DNA of 64,000 nucleotides from Pseudomonadota bacterium (lineage in GTDB: Bacteria; Pseudomonadota; Alphaproteobacteria; SHVP01), in NCBI GenBank assembly GCA_027622715.1, contig JAQBYN010000015.1:11745-75744 (forward strand), given 5' to 3'. Below, one piece after another: positions 49,921 to 59,387 of the stretch. The notes under the pieces were generated by a model. The model worked only from the letters and a program-made list of their open reading frames with translations, was not told where the DNA came from and made no database searches. The stretch's first letter is position 1. Every line of letters starts with the position of its first letter. Position numbers and translations under genes: made by a program.

Positions 49921-50985
49921 GTGGGCAGATTTTTTGGATCCATTGCGCTGGTGCTGGCGCTAACTTTCGGCGCAGTTAGCGCTCAGGCGCAGGAAGTTAA
50001 ATGGCGATTGCAGAGCATCATTCCGGTCAACACGTTCTTCTGGACCGAAATGGTGAAGAAATACACCGATCAGGTTCTCCTCCTTTCAGGTGGGCGAATC
50101 GACATCACGCCGTTCGGCGTTGGTGAAATCGTCCCCGCATTCCAGGTGCACCCGGAAGTCGCCAAGGGCACCGTCGATGCTGGCTGGACGTCAGCCGCAT
50201 TTCTCGCGAACGCCGACCCGACCAACGCCATTCTGTCGGACTTTCCCGGCGGCCCGTCGCCTGAAACCTACATGCATTGGTATTACAACGGTGGCGGCAA
50301 AGAGCTGCATCAGCAGTACCGCAAAGAGGTGCTGGGGGTCCACGCGATGTTGCTCGGCATCGGCACCACAGAGTTCTTTGCGGTATCCACCAAGCCGATT
50401 CGCACCAAGGACGACCTGAAAGGGTTGAAGCTGCGCACCACGGGGGCGTGGGCCACGGTCATGAAAGAGTCGTTCGGCGGATCTACCGTCGTCATGCCGT
50501 CGGGCGAAATCTTCAGCGCGCTCGAACGCAAGGTCATCGATGCGGTCGACTGGGCAGGTCCAGGCGGCAATCTCGGTATGGGTTTTCACAAGGTTGCCAA
50601 GTATCTGATCGTCCCCGGGGTCCATCAGCCCTCGTCGCCGGTCGAACTGATTATCAACTTGGACAAGTGGAATGCGTTGTCCGATGCGGACAAACAGCTC
50701 CTCGAGTTGGCGGCCCAGCTGACGACGTTCCAGTCGTATATGGCAACGGGTCAAGCCGACCAAGCTGCGATGCCGGAATATCGCAATAACGGCAACGAGT
50801 TCGTTACGCTTGATCCGGCGCTTCAGGCCGAAATCAAAGCTGAAACGTTGAAATGGCTTCAGGCCCGTGCGACGGAGCAGAGCGAAAAAGGCAACCCGTG
50901 GACGCAGCGCATGCTCGATTCGATTCTGACCTATCAAGCAACCTGGGCCGGCAACGGCTTTACCCGAGCCTGGGACGCTGAGTAG
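49921..50985 (+). CDS. dctP: TRAP transporter substrate-binding protein (DctP family) with signal peptide
   Basis: The GTG at 49921 is preceded by GGGAGG. The signal peptide FFGSIALVLALTFGAVSAQAQE is present. About 354 aa with a DctP fold. Confidence 0.82.
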   Translation: MGRFFGSIALVLALTFGAVSAQAQEVKWRLQSIIPVNTFFWTEMVKKYTDQVLLLSGGRIDITPFGVGEIVPAFQVHPEVAKGTVDAGWTSAAFLANADPTNAILSDFPGGPSPETYMHWYYNGGGKELHQQYRKEVLGVHAMLLGIGTTEFFAVSTKPIRTKDDLKGLKLRTTGAWATVMKESFGGSTVVMPSGEIFSALERKVIDAVDWAGPGGNLGMGFHKVAKYLIVPGVHQPSSPVELIINLDKWNALSDADKQLLELAAQLTTFQSYMATGQADQAAMPEYRNNGNEFVTLDPALQAEIKAETLKWLQARATEQSEKGNPWTQRMLDSILTYQATWAGNGFTRAWDAE

Positions 50986-51002
50986 CAGCCATTCCTGAAA
51001 AC

Positions 51003-51040
51003 CCGGGGGGCTGGCCCATCCGGTCCGCCCCCCTTTTTCG
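51003..51040 (+). terminator. rho-independent terminator/attenuator after dctP (GGGGGGC…GCCCCCC followed by T5)
   Basis: A G6C/GC6 stem closed by TTTTT, seen at 51005-51038 between dctP and dctQ. Confidence 0.65.
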
Positions 51041-51051
51041 TTGCAACGAAC

Positions 51052-51588
51052 TTGATCGCACGTTTCGTTAAGATCGCCGACGCCATCTCATTTGCGACTG
51101 CGGTCGTCGCGATGGCGATGATCCTCGGCCTGGTGGCATCTATGCTCTACGAGGTTGCCGCGCGCTACATCTTTAACGCCCCGACGATCTGGGCGTATGA
51201 CGTGTCCTACATGCTCAACGGTGCGCTGTTCATCCTGGCGGCAGGCCTGACGCTCACCAAGAACAACCATGTGCGAATAGACTTTCTGTCCTCGCGGTTG
51301 AAACCGCCGACCCAGCATTTGATCAATGCGATCTTCTACTTGGTTCTGTTTCTGCCGGCGCTCGGCTTCGTGACACGGTCGAGCATCATCGCTGCGTGGA
51401 GCGCACTAATGACAGGTGAGGTTGAGGCAATTAGCCCTTGGGCTCCGGTCATCTGGCCTTTCAATGCGGCGATCGCCATTGGCCTCGCCGCGTTATGGCT
51501 CCAGGCGGCGGCCGAGACTCTGCGCCATATTCTGGGTGCCAGAGACGCGAGCGCCGCCCGCGCGCCCGGCGTTTCTCTGCCGCATTAG
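51052..51588 (+). CDS. dctQ: TRAP transporter small permease (DctQ family)
   Basis: 178 aa with 4 TM helices. The typical …YEVAARYIFNAP… region is present. The start codon is uncertain (TTG at 51052 or an internal Met). Confidence 0.75.
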   Translation: MIARFVKIADAISFATAVVAMAMILGLVASMLYEVAARYIFNAPTIWAYDVSYMLNGALFILAAGLTLTKNNHVRIDFLSSRLKPPTQHLINAIFYLVLFLPALGFVTRSSIIAAWSALMTGEVEAISPWAPVIWPFNAAIAIGLAALWLQAAAETLRHILGARDASAARAPGVSLPH

Positions 51589-51596
51589 ATTCGTTC

Positions 51597-52919
51597 ATGG
51601 ATTCCAGCTTCCTGTCCGCCCTGATGTTCCCGGCGCTTTTCGCGCTGATCTTCCTCGGCATTCCTGTGGCCTTCGCGCTAATCAGCGTGGCATTTGTGTT
51701 CGGGTTTGTCGCGTTTGGCGACACGATCGGCCAGGTCCTTTACGGTCGTGCAATGGGCGTCGCCGCCAGCTCCGTTCTTGCGGCGATCCCTCTGTTTATC
51801 TTCATGGGATCGATGCTGGAGCGCACGTCAATCGCCAAACGATTGTTCGAAGCGATGCAGCTATGGTTGGGTCGTATGCCGGGCGGTCTCGCGGTGGCGA
51901 CCATCACCATGTGCGGTGTCTTCGCGGCGGCGACCGGGATTATCGGCGCCGTCGAAACGGTCATCGGGATGATGGCGATCCCACCGATGCTGAAACACGG
52001 ATACGACAAAGGATTGATTTCGGGCACGATTTGCGCGGGTGGGTCGCTCGGCACGATCATTCCGCCGTCGGTCACTGTCATCATCTATGCGTCGATCGCC
52101 GAACTTTCCATCGGTGATCTGTTTGTTGGAATCATCATTCCCGGTCTGCTGATGATTCTCTTCTTCGTTGGCTACATCTTCATCCTTGGAATCATAAGAC
52201 CCGACCGCGCGCCAAAACTTCCTCGCGAACTTGTCTCGGTGCCTTTGGGCCAAAAACTCAAGGTCACCGCCACAGGATTGCTCCCCGCAACAATTCTGAT
52301 CGGCGCCGTCTTGGGATCGATCATCTTTGGTGTCGCCTCGCCGACGGAAGCGGCGGCGGTCGGCGCTGGCGGCGCGCTGGTGCTGTCGCTCGTTTACCGT
52401 GAGTTTTCCTGGACAGTCCTCTATGAGGTCGCCCGAAAATCTGTCTCTATCAGCGCGATGGTGATGCTGATCGTGGTCGGCGGCGGCATGTTTTCAGGTG
52501 TGTTCCTCGTCAACGGCGGCCGCGACTTGGTCGCCGGTGCAGTCGAGATATTGAATTTGCCACCGGCCGGGCTCGTCGCGGTCTTTTTGCTGATCGTGTT
52601 CCTTTTTGGCTTTGTGCTCGATTGGATCACCATTGTGTTGATCGCGTTGCCAATCTTCTTGGCGCCGCTCAAAGCAGCGGGTGTCGATCAAGTATGGTTC
52701 GCCGTCTTGATGATCGTCGTCATCCAGACCAGCTATATGACGCCCCCGATGGCGCCGGCGATCTTCTATTTGCGCTCGATCGCACCCAAGGAAATCACCT
52801 ATGGCCACATGTACCGCGGGGTGATGCCCTTCGTGGTCGCCGAACTGTTGGTTCTGGCGGTGGTCGCGCTCTTTCCCTGGACCGCGACGTATCTGCCGAC
52901 GGTTCTGCTGGGGTTCTAG
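51597..52919 (+). CDS. dctM: TRAP transporter large permease (DctM family)
   Basis: The ATG at 51597 gives MDSSFLSALMFPALFALIFLGIPVAFAL. About 440 aa with many TM helices. Confidence 0.88.
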   Translation: MDSSFLSALMFPALFALIFLGIPVAFALISVAFVFGFVAFGDTIGQVLYGRAMGVAASSVLAAIPLFIFMGSMLERTSIAKRLFEAMQLWLGRMPGGLAVATITMCGVFAAATGIIGAVETVIGMMAIPPMLKHGYDKGLISGTICAGGSLGTIIPPSVTVIIYASIAELSIGDLFVGIIIPGLLMILFFVGYIFILGIIRPDRAPKLPRELVSVPLGQKLKVTATGLLPATILIGAVLGSIIFGVASPTEAAAVGAGGALVLSLVYREFSWTVLYEVARKSVSISAMVMLIVVGGGMFSGVFLVNGGRDLVAGAVEILNLPPAGLVAVFLLIVFLFGFVLDWITIVLIALPIFLAPLKAAGVDQVWFAVLMIVVIQTSYMTPPMAPAIFYLRSIAPKEITYGHMYRGVMPFVVAELLVLAVVALFPWTATYLPTVLLGF

Positions 52920-53767
52920 CCGGCGACAAACTCTAGAATCACGCCGCATGCATCCTCCGGGGCCACACGGATCATGTCGTTCAGGCTTTCATGCGTGGCG
53001 CCCGCCGACACAAGACAGGCTTCGGCCGCCGCCAGGTTGTCGGTTTCCAGCGTTAGGATCGCGATCGCCGGCGGCGGGTGGCTAATAGCGGCCGCATATC
53101 CGACGTAGTCCTCAGCCAAACTGGCCGCGGTAAGGAAACGAAAATCGCCGTGGCCGGTGAAGATTTCGAAACCGCCGGCGATTGGCCGCGCAGCGGCACC
53201 AAAAAGGCGCTCGTAATGCGCGCGCAAAGCCGTGGGCTCATTGACCGCAATCGTCATGGATCGAATGCGCCGCGCGCCGTTGGCGTGGGTGACCCAAGCG
53301 GGGCGCCGCATGTTTTGCGGCGTCAGCGGTTGCACCAGCATCAGGTACATGTCCGGCGTTGCCGCCTCGCCGATCTTGAGCCAGCGAAACGACTGCGGCA
53401 CCACGCCGTCGGGCGCCTCGCAGTTGATCGTCACCTCGTTCAGGGGCGTCGGATCGGCGCCTAGGCGGCTTAGGGCGTCGTGGGCAGCGGCGACATCGTT
53501 GGCCCGTAGTGTGACGGCCATCGCGCCTTCACCACCGGCCAGAAAATCCGCAAGCCCAGGGGTTAGAAAAGCCGCGGGATCGACAACACCCAGGAGTTCG
53601 ATGAAGTCTTTGTCGTCGAACATGACGCTGTGATTGGCGGTGCCCCAGCCGACCATGCGCCGGCGGGGTGTCGTCGTGAAGCCGAGGCGTTCGAACTGCG
53701 TCTTGGCGTGTGCGAGGTCGGCGACCGCGACGACCGCATGATCGATCCCGTCTATACCATTGGCCAT
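52916..53767 (-). CDS. VOC (glyoxalase/bleomycin-resistance/dioxygenase) family protein, two-domain
   Basis: 283 aa. HAVVAVADLAHAKTQFERLGF at the N-terminus is a typical VOC beta-alpha-beta-beta-beta start. It is the last gene of the minus-strand mtnP operon. Its stop overlaps the dctM stop convergently by 4 nt. Confidence 0.7.
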   Translation of the reverse strand: MANGIDGIDHAVVAVADLAHAKTQFERLGFTTTPRRRMVGWGTANHSVMFDDKDFIELLGVVDPAAFLTPGLADFLAGGEGAMAVTLRANDVAAAHDALSRLGADPTPLNEVTINCEAPDGVVPQSFRWLKIGEAATPDMYLMLVQPLTPQNMRRPAWVTHANGARRIRSMTIAVNEPTALRAHYERLFGAAARPIAGGFEIFTGHGDFRFLTAASLAEDYVGYAAAISHPPPAIAILTLETDNLAAAEACLVSAGATHESLNDMIRVAPEDACGVILEFVAG

Positions 53768-53815
53768 CGCGCGATCCCCTGCTCCACTCAGTCGCCACGG
53801 TAAATCATATCGCGA

Positions 53816-55873
53816 CTAGCGTAGCGCCGCCGCGATGTTGCCGCCGTCCACCGTCATCACCGCGCCCGTTGATTTGCGCGCGAGGGCAAGATCGACAAAG
53901 GCCTGGGCGACGTCTGCCGCCTTGACCTCGCGGTTCAGGAGGTTGCCCGAGCGCAAATATTGTTCCGGGGTCAAGCCGCGCGCCTTGGCGCGCTGTTCCA
54001 AAAGGCCGTCGGCGAAGATCCCGGTATTGACCCGGTCGGCGTTGACCGCGCCGGTGCGAATTCCGGCACTGCCGTAATCCAAAGCGTATTGGCGCATGAG
54101 AAACAGCGTCGCCGCTTTCGGCAGGCCGTAGGGGCCGAAATCAGGCCCTGGATTGACTGCCTGTTTGGACGTGTTGAACAGCAAGCAGCCGCCGGTGCCT
54201 TGCGCCAGCATGATCCGCACGGCCTCTTTGGCGACCGATTGATGGGCAAAGAAGTTGAGCTCGAACGAGGCGCGCAAGTCGGCGTCATCGACCTCGCCAA
54301 TCCGGCCCTGCCAAGCTGCCCCGGCGTTGGAAACGACAATATCGATACCGCCGAAAGCGCGGCAGACCTGGGCCAGGGCTTCGGTGACGTGGGCCGGATT
54401 GGTGACATCACACTCAATGCCGATCGCCGCGCCGCCGATCTCGCCCGCGGCCCGGCGCGCACCGGCATCGTCACGGTCGAGGAGCGCGACCTCCGCCCCC
54501 CGCGCGGCCATTGCTCGCGCGGTAGCGGCGCCGATGCCGCTGGCCGCCCCGGTGACCACGGCGATCTGGCGGGCCAACGGTTGCTCGGCGCCCTTGCCCA
54601 GCTTGGCTTGTTCGAGCGACCAGTACTCGACATCGAATAGATCGGCCTCCGACACCGGCAGGAAGGTGCCGATGGCTTCGGCATCGGTGACGACGTCGAT
54701 CATATTTTCGCTAATGTCGGCGGCGATGGCGGCATCCTTGGCAGACTTGCCCATCCCAAAGATGCCGAGGCCGGGGACCAGCGCCACCCGCGGCATTGGG
54801 TCGAGTTCGGTTTTCTCAGGCCCGCGCTTCCCGTTGTGCCGGGCGAAATAGGCGTGGTAGTCGTCGACAAAGCGCGCCACGGCCGCCTGCGCCCCGTCGC
54901 GAAAGACCGTGACGTCGTCAGCCGCCGGCAGAACCACCGGCCAATTCTTGGTGCGGATGGTGTGGTCTGGGGTCACCACGCCTTGCTGGGCGTAACGCGC
55001 GACCTCGGCACCGCCGACAAAATTAAGGATCGCCTCCGATGTCCGGAAGGCCAGTACCTGGCGCTGCCATATGCCGTCATTGTCATCGACGCATTGCGCA
55101 ACCAAACCCCGAACCACCGGCGCCACCTGCGCCACGGTCAGCCCCTTCTTGGGGAGGGTTGCGGCAGAGAACGTTCGGGTTGTCGCCTTGGCCAGGCGTT
55201 TCTCGGCCAGCGTCACGAGCACGATCATGCGCGCGTAGGCCTCTTGTGCCGTGGCACCAAAGCTGAAAATGCCGTGTTTGAGCAGGATCAGACCTTCGAC
55301 GTCGGGATGGTCCGCCTGTACTTCGGCGGCGAGCTTGGCGAGGCCAAAGCCCGGCATGACGTAGGGCACCAAGGCCGCACGCTCGCCGTAAACCTCAGCG
55401 CAGATCGCCTCGCCGTCGGGCTGATCGGTCAGCGCAAGGACGGCAGTTGAGTGGGTATGGTCGATGAACTTGTGCGGCAGAAATGCATGCAACAGCGTTT
55501 CGACCGACGGATTGGGCGAGGCCGGATCGATTAGCGCGGTGCGCTGGATCGCCACCATGTCTTCGTCGCTCAGCGTGTCGAGGCTTCGCAGGCGGCGCAG
55601 TACGTCCATGCGGACCGCCGGAAGCCCGGCGGGCTCGATGTTGCCCATGTCCCATCCCGAGCCCTTCACGCACAGCACCTCGGCGCTGTCGCCTAATTTA
55701 TCGACCGCCGTGGTCTTGACCGATGTATTGCCCCCACCGTGCAGCACGAGGCGTGGGTCGCTGCCCAGTAGCCGGGTGGTATAGACGCGCACGGCAACAT
55801 CTTCGCCGATGCCCTGGGCGGCGTAGCGGGCGACATAGTCCCGGGCTTCGGCGGGCTTCCAGCGTGAGTCCAT
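53816..55873 (-). CDS. bifunctional class II aldolase (rhamnulose/fuculose-1-phosphate aldolase-like) and short-chain dehydrogenase fusion
   Basis: 685 aa. The N-terminal approximately 420 aa form a RhaD-like class II aldolase/adducin domain. The C-terminal approximately 250 aa form an SDR. Its cofactor motif is VVTGAASGIGAATARAMAARGAEVALLDRD and its catalytic motif is YGLPKAA (YxxxK). Confidence 0.85.
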   Translation of the reverse strand: MDSRWKPAEARDYVARYAAQGIGEDVAVRVYTTRLLGSDPRLVLHGGGNTSVKTTAVDKLGDSAEVLCVKGSGWDMGNIEPAGLPAVRMDVLRRLRSLDTLSDEDMVAIQRTALIDPASPNPSVETLLHAFLPHKFIDHTHSTAVLALTDQPDGEAICAEVYGERAALVPYVMPGFGLAKLAAEVQADHPDVEGLILLKHGIFSFGATAQEAYARMIVLVTLAEKRLAKATTRTFSAATLPKKGLTVAQVAPVVRGLVAQCVDDNDGIWQRQVLAFRTSEAILNFVGGAEVARYAQQGVVTPDHTIRTKNWPVVLPAADDVTVFRDGAQAAVARFVDDYHAYFARHNGKRGPEKTELDPMPRVALVPGLGIFGMGKSAKDAAIAADISENMIDVVTDAEAIGTFLPVSEADLFDVEYWSLEQAKLGKGAEQPLARQIAVVTGAASGIGAATARAMAARGAEVALLDRDDAGARRAAGEIGGAAIGIECDVTNPAHVTEALAQVCRAFGGIDIVVSNAGAAWQGRIGEVDDADLRASFELNFFAHQSVAKEAVRIMLAQGTGGCLLFNTSKQAVNPGPDFGPYGLPKAATLFLMRQYALDYGSAGIRTGAVNADRVNTGIFADGLLEQRAKARGLTPEQYLRSGNLLNREVKAADVAQAFVDLALARKSTGAVMTVDGGNIAAALR

Positions 55874-55950
55874 GGCGAGGGCGCGATCCTGGTTAGCGTT
55901 TCAGTCGAGAGTTAGCGGCTTTTAGCAGCGTCGAGCAACGGCCCACGGCC

Positions 55951-57051
55951 TCAAGCCCGTTCAGGATACAGGGTGAGCAGACCGGCTTCGCTGGCGGCGC
56001 ACGTTCCGCGGTCGGTAATCAGTCCGGTAACAAGGCGGGCCGGCGTGACATCGAACGCATAATTGGCAGCCGGCGCGCCTTCGGGACCAATTCGGACGGT
56101 TTGAATCGATCCGTCGGCGGCTTGCCCGGTCATCAGCGTTACTTCGCTGGCATCGCGCTGTTCGATCGGAATATCGCGGCCTGAGGATAACTCCCAGTCG
56201 ATGGTCGGCGACGGCAACGCGACATAGAACGGCACGTCGTTGTCGAATGCGGCGAGAGCCTTGAGATAGGTGCCAATTTTATTGGCGACATCGCCGCTGC
56301 GCGTCGTGCGGTCGGTGCCGGTAATACACAGATCGACCTGGCCGGCTTGCATCAAATGACCACCCGTATTGTCGGCGATCAACGTGTATGGCACGCCGTG
56401 TTCTTGCAGTTCCCACGCCGTCAGCGCGGCGCCCTGATTGCGCGGCCGCGTTTCGTCGACCCACACATGCAGCGGTACGCCTTCGTCGTGGGCCACGTAG
56501 ATTGCCGACAACGCGGTGCCCCAATCCACTGTTGCCAGCCAGCCCGCGTTGCAGTGGGTCAAGATGTTGACCGGTTCGGCTGGCGACCCGTCTTTTTTCT
56601 CGTGCCACAGGCGCACGATGTGTTCGGCGCCATGTTCGCCGATGGCACGGTTGATATTGGCATCGTCATCGCAGATTTCGACCGCCCGGCGATAGGCCGC
56701 CGCAACGCGGCGCTCGGGGGGCGTGTTGGCGAGAACAGACCGCAGATCATCCAGCGCCCAGCGCAGATTGACCGCAGTCGGTCGGGTCGCCAGCAGGCGA
56801 TCATACGCCACCGCGATCCCTGCATCGGACGGATCTGCTCGCATCGCCAACGCCATGCCGTACGCCGCCGTGGCGCCAATGAGTGGTGCACCGCGGACTT
56901 GCATGGTGGTAATGGCCGCCGCCGCCGCATCGACGGTGCGCAACGAACGAACGACGAACGCGTGCGGCAGCTGCGTCTGGTCGATGATATCGACGCTCCA
57001 GCCGTCCGTGTTGAGCCAGATTGAACGGTAGTGGGTGCCGCCGACCTTCAT
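55951..57051 (-). CDS. mtnA: S-methyl-5-thioribose-1-phosphate isomerase
   Basis: 366 aa, eIF2B-like fold. The motifs GAPLIGATAAYG, CNAGWLATVDWGTALS and the GTDR segment are present. Confidence 0.9.
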   Translation of the reverse strand: MKVGGTHYRSIWLNTDGWSVDIIDQTQLPHAFVVRSLRTVDAAAAAITTMQVRGAPLIGATAAYGMALAMRADPSDAGIAVAYDRLLATRPTAVNLRWALDDLRSVLANTPPERRVAAAYRRAVEICDDDANINRAIGEHGAEHIVRLWHEKKDGSPAEPVNILTHCNAGWLATVDWGTALSAIYVAHDEGVPLHVWVDETRPRNQGAALTAWELQEHGVPYTLIADNTGGHLMQAGQVDLCITGTDRTTRSGDVANKIGTYLKALAAFDNDVPFYVALPSPTIDWELSSGRDIPIEQRDASEVTLMTGQAADGSIQTVRIGPEGAPAANYAFDVTPARLVTGLITDRGTCAASEAGLLTLYPERA

Positions 57052-57069
57052 GATGATTAGGGCCGCGAC

Positions 57070-57597
57070 CTAGTCGCCGTCGAAGGCGCACAGGAAATGG
57101 ACGGTGTGGCCTGAATCGCGGATTCGTTGCGCCCCGCCAAGGTCGGGCAAATCCACGACAAACGCGCAGGACACGATATCGCCACCGATCGCTTCGATTA
57201 GCGCGATTGCCGCCATCGCGGTGCCGCCGGTGGCGATTAGATCGTCGACCAGAAGCACCTTTTCACCCTCGAGAATGGCGTCATCGTGGACCTCGACCCG
57301 GTCGGTGCCGTATTCGAGCTGGTAGTCACGGCCGATGGTTTTGCCGGGCAATTTGCCCTTCTTGCGGATCGGCACGAAGCCGGCCTCAAGTTTCTCGGCG
57401 ACGGCCCCACCCAAAATAAACCCGCGCGCCTCGATGGCCGCGACCTTATCGATCCGTTGCCCAGCATATGGCTGGATCAAACCCTCAATTGTCAGCCGAA
57501 ACCCGACTGGATCCTGCAGCAGGGTCGTGATGTCGCGAAACATGATCCCCGGTTTTGGATAGTCCGGAATGGTCCGAATGCGTGATTTGATCGGCAT
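57070..57597 (-). CDS. apt: adenine phosphoribosyltransferase
   Basis: 175 aa. The PRPP motif [13 protein letters not shown] is present. The N-terminus is [15 protein letters not shown]. Confidence 0.95.
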   Translation of the reverse strand: MPIKSRIRTIPDYPKPGIMFRDITTLLQDPVGFRLTIEGLIQPYAGQRIDKVAAIEARGFILGGAVAEKLEAGFVPIRKKGKLPGKTIGRDYQLEYGTDRVEVHDDAILEGEKVLLVDDLIATGGTAMAAIALIEAIGGDIVSCAFVVDLPDLGGAQRIRDSGHTVHFLCAFDGD

Positions 57598-57598
57598 G

Positions 57599-58492
57599 TT
57601 ATTGCGTCCTTAATACTCGCCCAGCGACGGCGTCCAGCTTGGCCAGCAGTGCAGGATCGCGGGCCTCGGGGGCGGTGATCATCGCCGAGTCCAATGCCCG
57701 GTCGCAGCCATGCGTGCAGGTTGCAAGACGGGCCGCGGCGACACCGGGGACCACGCTCTTGACCAGAGCGCGGGCATTGTCGGCGTTTTGGGACAGAACT
57801 TTAATAATGTCAGCGACCTCGACATCGTCGTGGTGCGGATGCCAGCAATCGAAATCGGTCACCATCGCGACCGTCGCGTAACACATCTCAGCTTCGCGGG
57901 CGAGTTTGGCCTCAGGCATGTTGGTCATGCCGATCACGTCGCAGCCCCATGAGCGGTACAGTTCAGACTCGGCGCGGGTCGAAAACTGCGGCCCTTCCAT
58001 GCACAAGTAGGTGCCGTTGCGCACGACCTTGAGATTTAGGTCGAACGCTGCCGCCTGGAGCGCGTCGCCGAGGCGAGCGCACACCGGGTTCGCCATCGAG
58101 ACGTGGGCAACCATGCCTTTGCCAAAGAAGCTTTTTTCACGCGCAAAGGTGCGGTCGATGAACTGATCGACGATGACAAAAGTACCGGGCTCAAAGTGTT
58201 CGCGGAACGATCCCACCGCCGACAGTGAAATGATATCCGTCACGCCAGCGCGTTTGAGAATATCGATGTTGGCGCGGTAATTGATGTCTGACGGGGCGTG
58301 GACATGGCCACGGCCATGGCGCGGCAGGAAAACCACCCGGACCCCGTCGAGCGATCCCGTAAATACAGCATCCGATGGCGCGCCCCAGGGCGATTCGATT
58401 TCAATCCATTGGGTATCGGTTAGCCCAGCGATTTCGTAGAGACCCGAACCGCCGAGGATACCGACTACCGGTTTAGTGTGCTGTTCGTTCAT
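57599..58492 (-). CDS. mtnP: S-methyl-5'-thioadenosine phosphorylase
   Basis: Starting at 58492 gives [29 protein letters not shown] fold is present ([27 protein letters not shown]). Confidence 0.9.
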   Translation of the reverse strand: MNEQHTKPVVGILGGSGLYEIAGLTDTQWIEIESPWGAPSDAVFTGSLDGVRVVFLPRHGRGHVHAPSDINYRANIDILKRAGVTDIISLSAVGSFREHFEPGTFVIVDQFIDRTFAREKSFFGKGMVAHVSMANPVCARLGDALQAAAFDLNLKVVRNGTYLCMEGPQFSTRAESELYRSWGCDVIGMTNMPEAKLAREAEMCYATVAMVTDFDCWHPHHDDVEVADIIKVLSQNADNARALVKSVVPGVAAARLATCTHGCDRALDSAMITAPEARDPALLAKLDAVAGRVLRTQ

Positions 58493-58549
58493 GGGATTCA
58501 CCAGATCGCAGGATGGTTCGCCCACTGTAATTCATTCCAGGATCGAACC

Positions 58550-58590
58550 CGAAACGCCGCCAAAGAAGAGGCCGCAAAAGCGGCCTCTCT
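58550..58590 (-). terminator. rho-independent terminator of the petABC operon (GAGGCCGC-AAAA-GCGGCCTC)
   Basis: A perfect 8-bp stem with a 4-nt loop at 58568-58587. On the minus strand it is followed by TTCTTTGG. It lies 20 nt after the petC stop. Confidence 0.65.
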
Positions 58591-58610
58591 TCGCGTTGCT
58601 GCGTGCGATT

Positions 58611-59387
58611 CTAGTGGTCCAGCTTGCGCCAAACCCGTTGTTTGACGATGAGGAACAGCCCGGTCAGCAGGATCAAATAGACCATCACCTGAAAGCCGAT
58701 TTGGTGCCGGCGCTCCAGCTCCGGGTTCGCGGCCCAATGGAGAAACGTGGTGACATCTTCGGCCATCTGTTCGACCGACGCCTCGGTACCGTCGGCATAT
58801 TCAACCATGCCTTCGCTGAGCGGCGCCGGCATCGCAACCTGATGGCCCGGGAAATACACGTTGTAGTTCATGCCGGGACCCATGGTCATGTCGGCGGGCG
58901 CATCTTCATACCCCACCATCAACGCGCGGATGTAATCCGGCCCATGCTCGCGGGCCTTGGTGATCAGCGAAAGATCCGGCGGCAATGCGCCGCTGTTGGC
59001 CGCCCGCGCCGCTTGTGGGTTCTGATACGGCGCCGGGAAAATGTCGGAAAGCGCCGCCTTCCGTGTTGTCGGATCGCCAAATTCGTCGGGCTCGCCGGCA
59101 ACTTCATACTCCTCGGCAAGTGCTTTCGCCTCGCCCTCGGTGAACCCGATATCAACCAAGTTGCGGAATGCGACGTACTTCATGGCGTGACACGAGGCAC
59201 AGACGTCTTTGTAGACCTTGTAACCGCGTTGCAATGCGGCCCGGTCGAACGTGCCGAAAAGGCCGTTGAATGACCAGTCTTGGGCGGGCGGCAGCGCCTC
59301 GGCCTCAGCGGCGCTCACTTGGTTTGCGCCGGTGGCCAGGATTAGGCTGACCGCCGCCGCTGTCAGAATCCCACGCAACTTAGTCAT
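58611..59387 (-). CDS. petC: cytochrome c1
   Basis: Signal peptide. Haem motif CASCHAM. C-terminal TM anchor. Confidence 0.93.
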   Translation of the reverse strand: MTKLRGILTAAAVSLILATGANQVSAAEAEALPPAQDWSFNGLFGTFDRAALQRGYKVYKDVCASCHAMKYVAFRNLVDIGFTEGEAKALAEEYEVAGEPDEFGDPTTRKAALSDIFPAPYQNPQAARAANSGALPPDLSLITKAREHGPDYIRALMVGYEDAPADMTMGPGMNYNVYFPGHQVAMPAPLSEGMVEYADGTEASVEQMAEDVTTFLHWAANPELERRHQIGFQVMVYLILLTGLFLIVKQRVWRKLDH

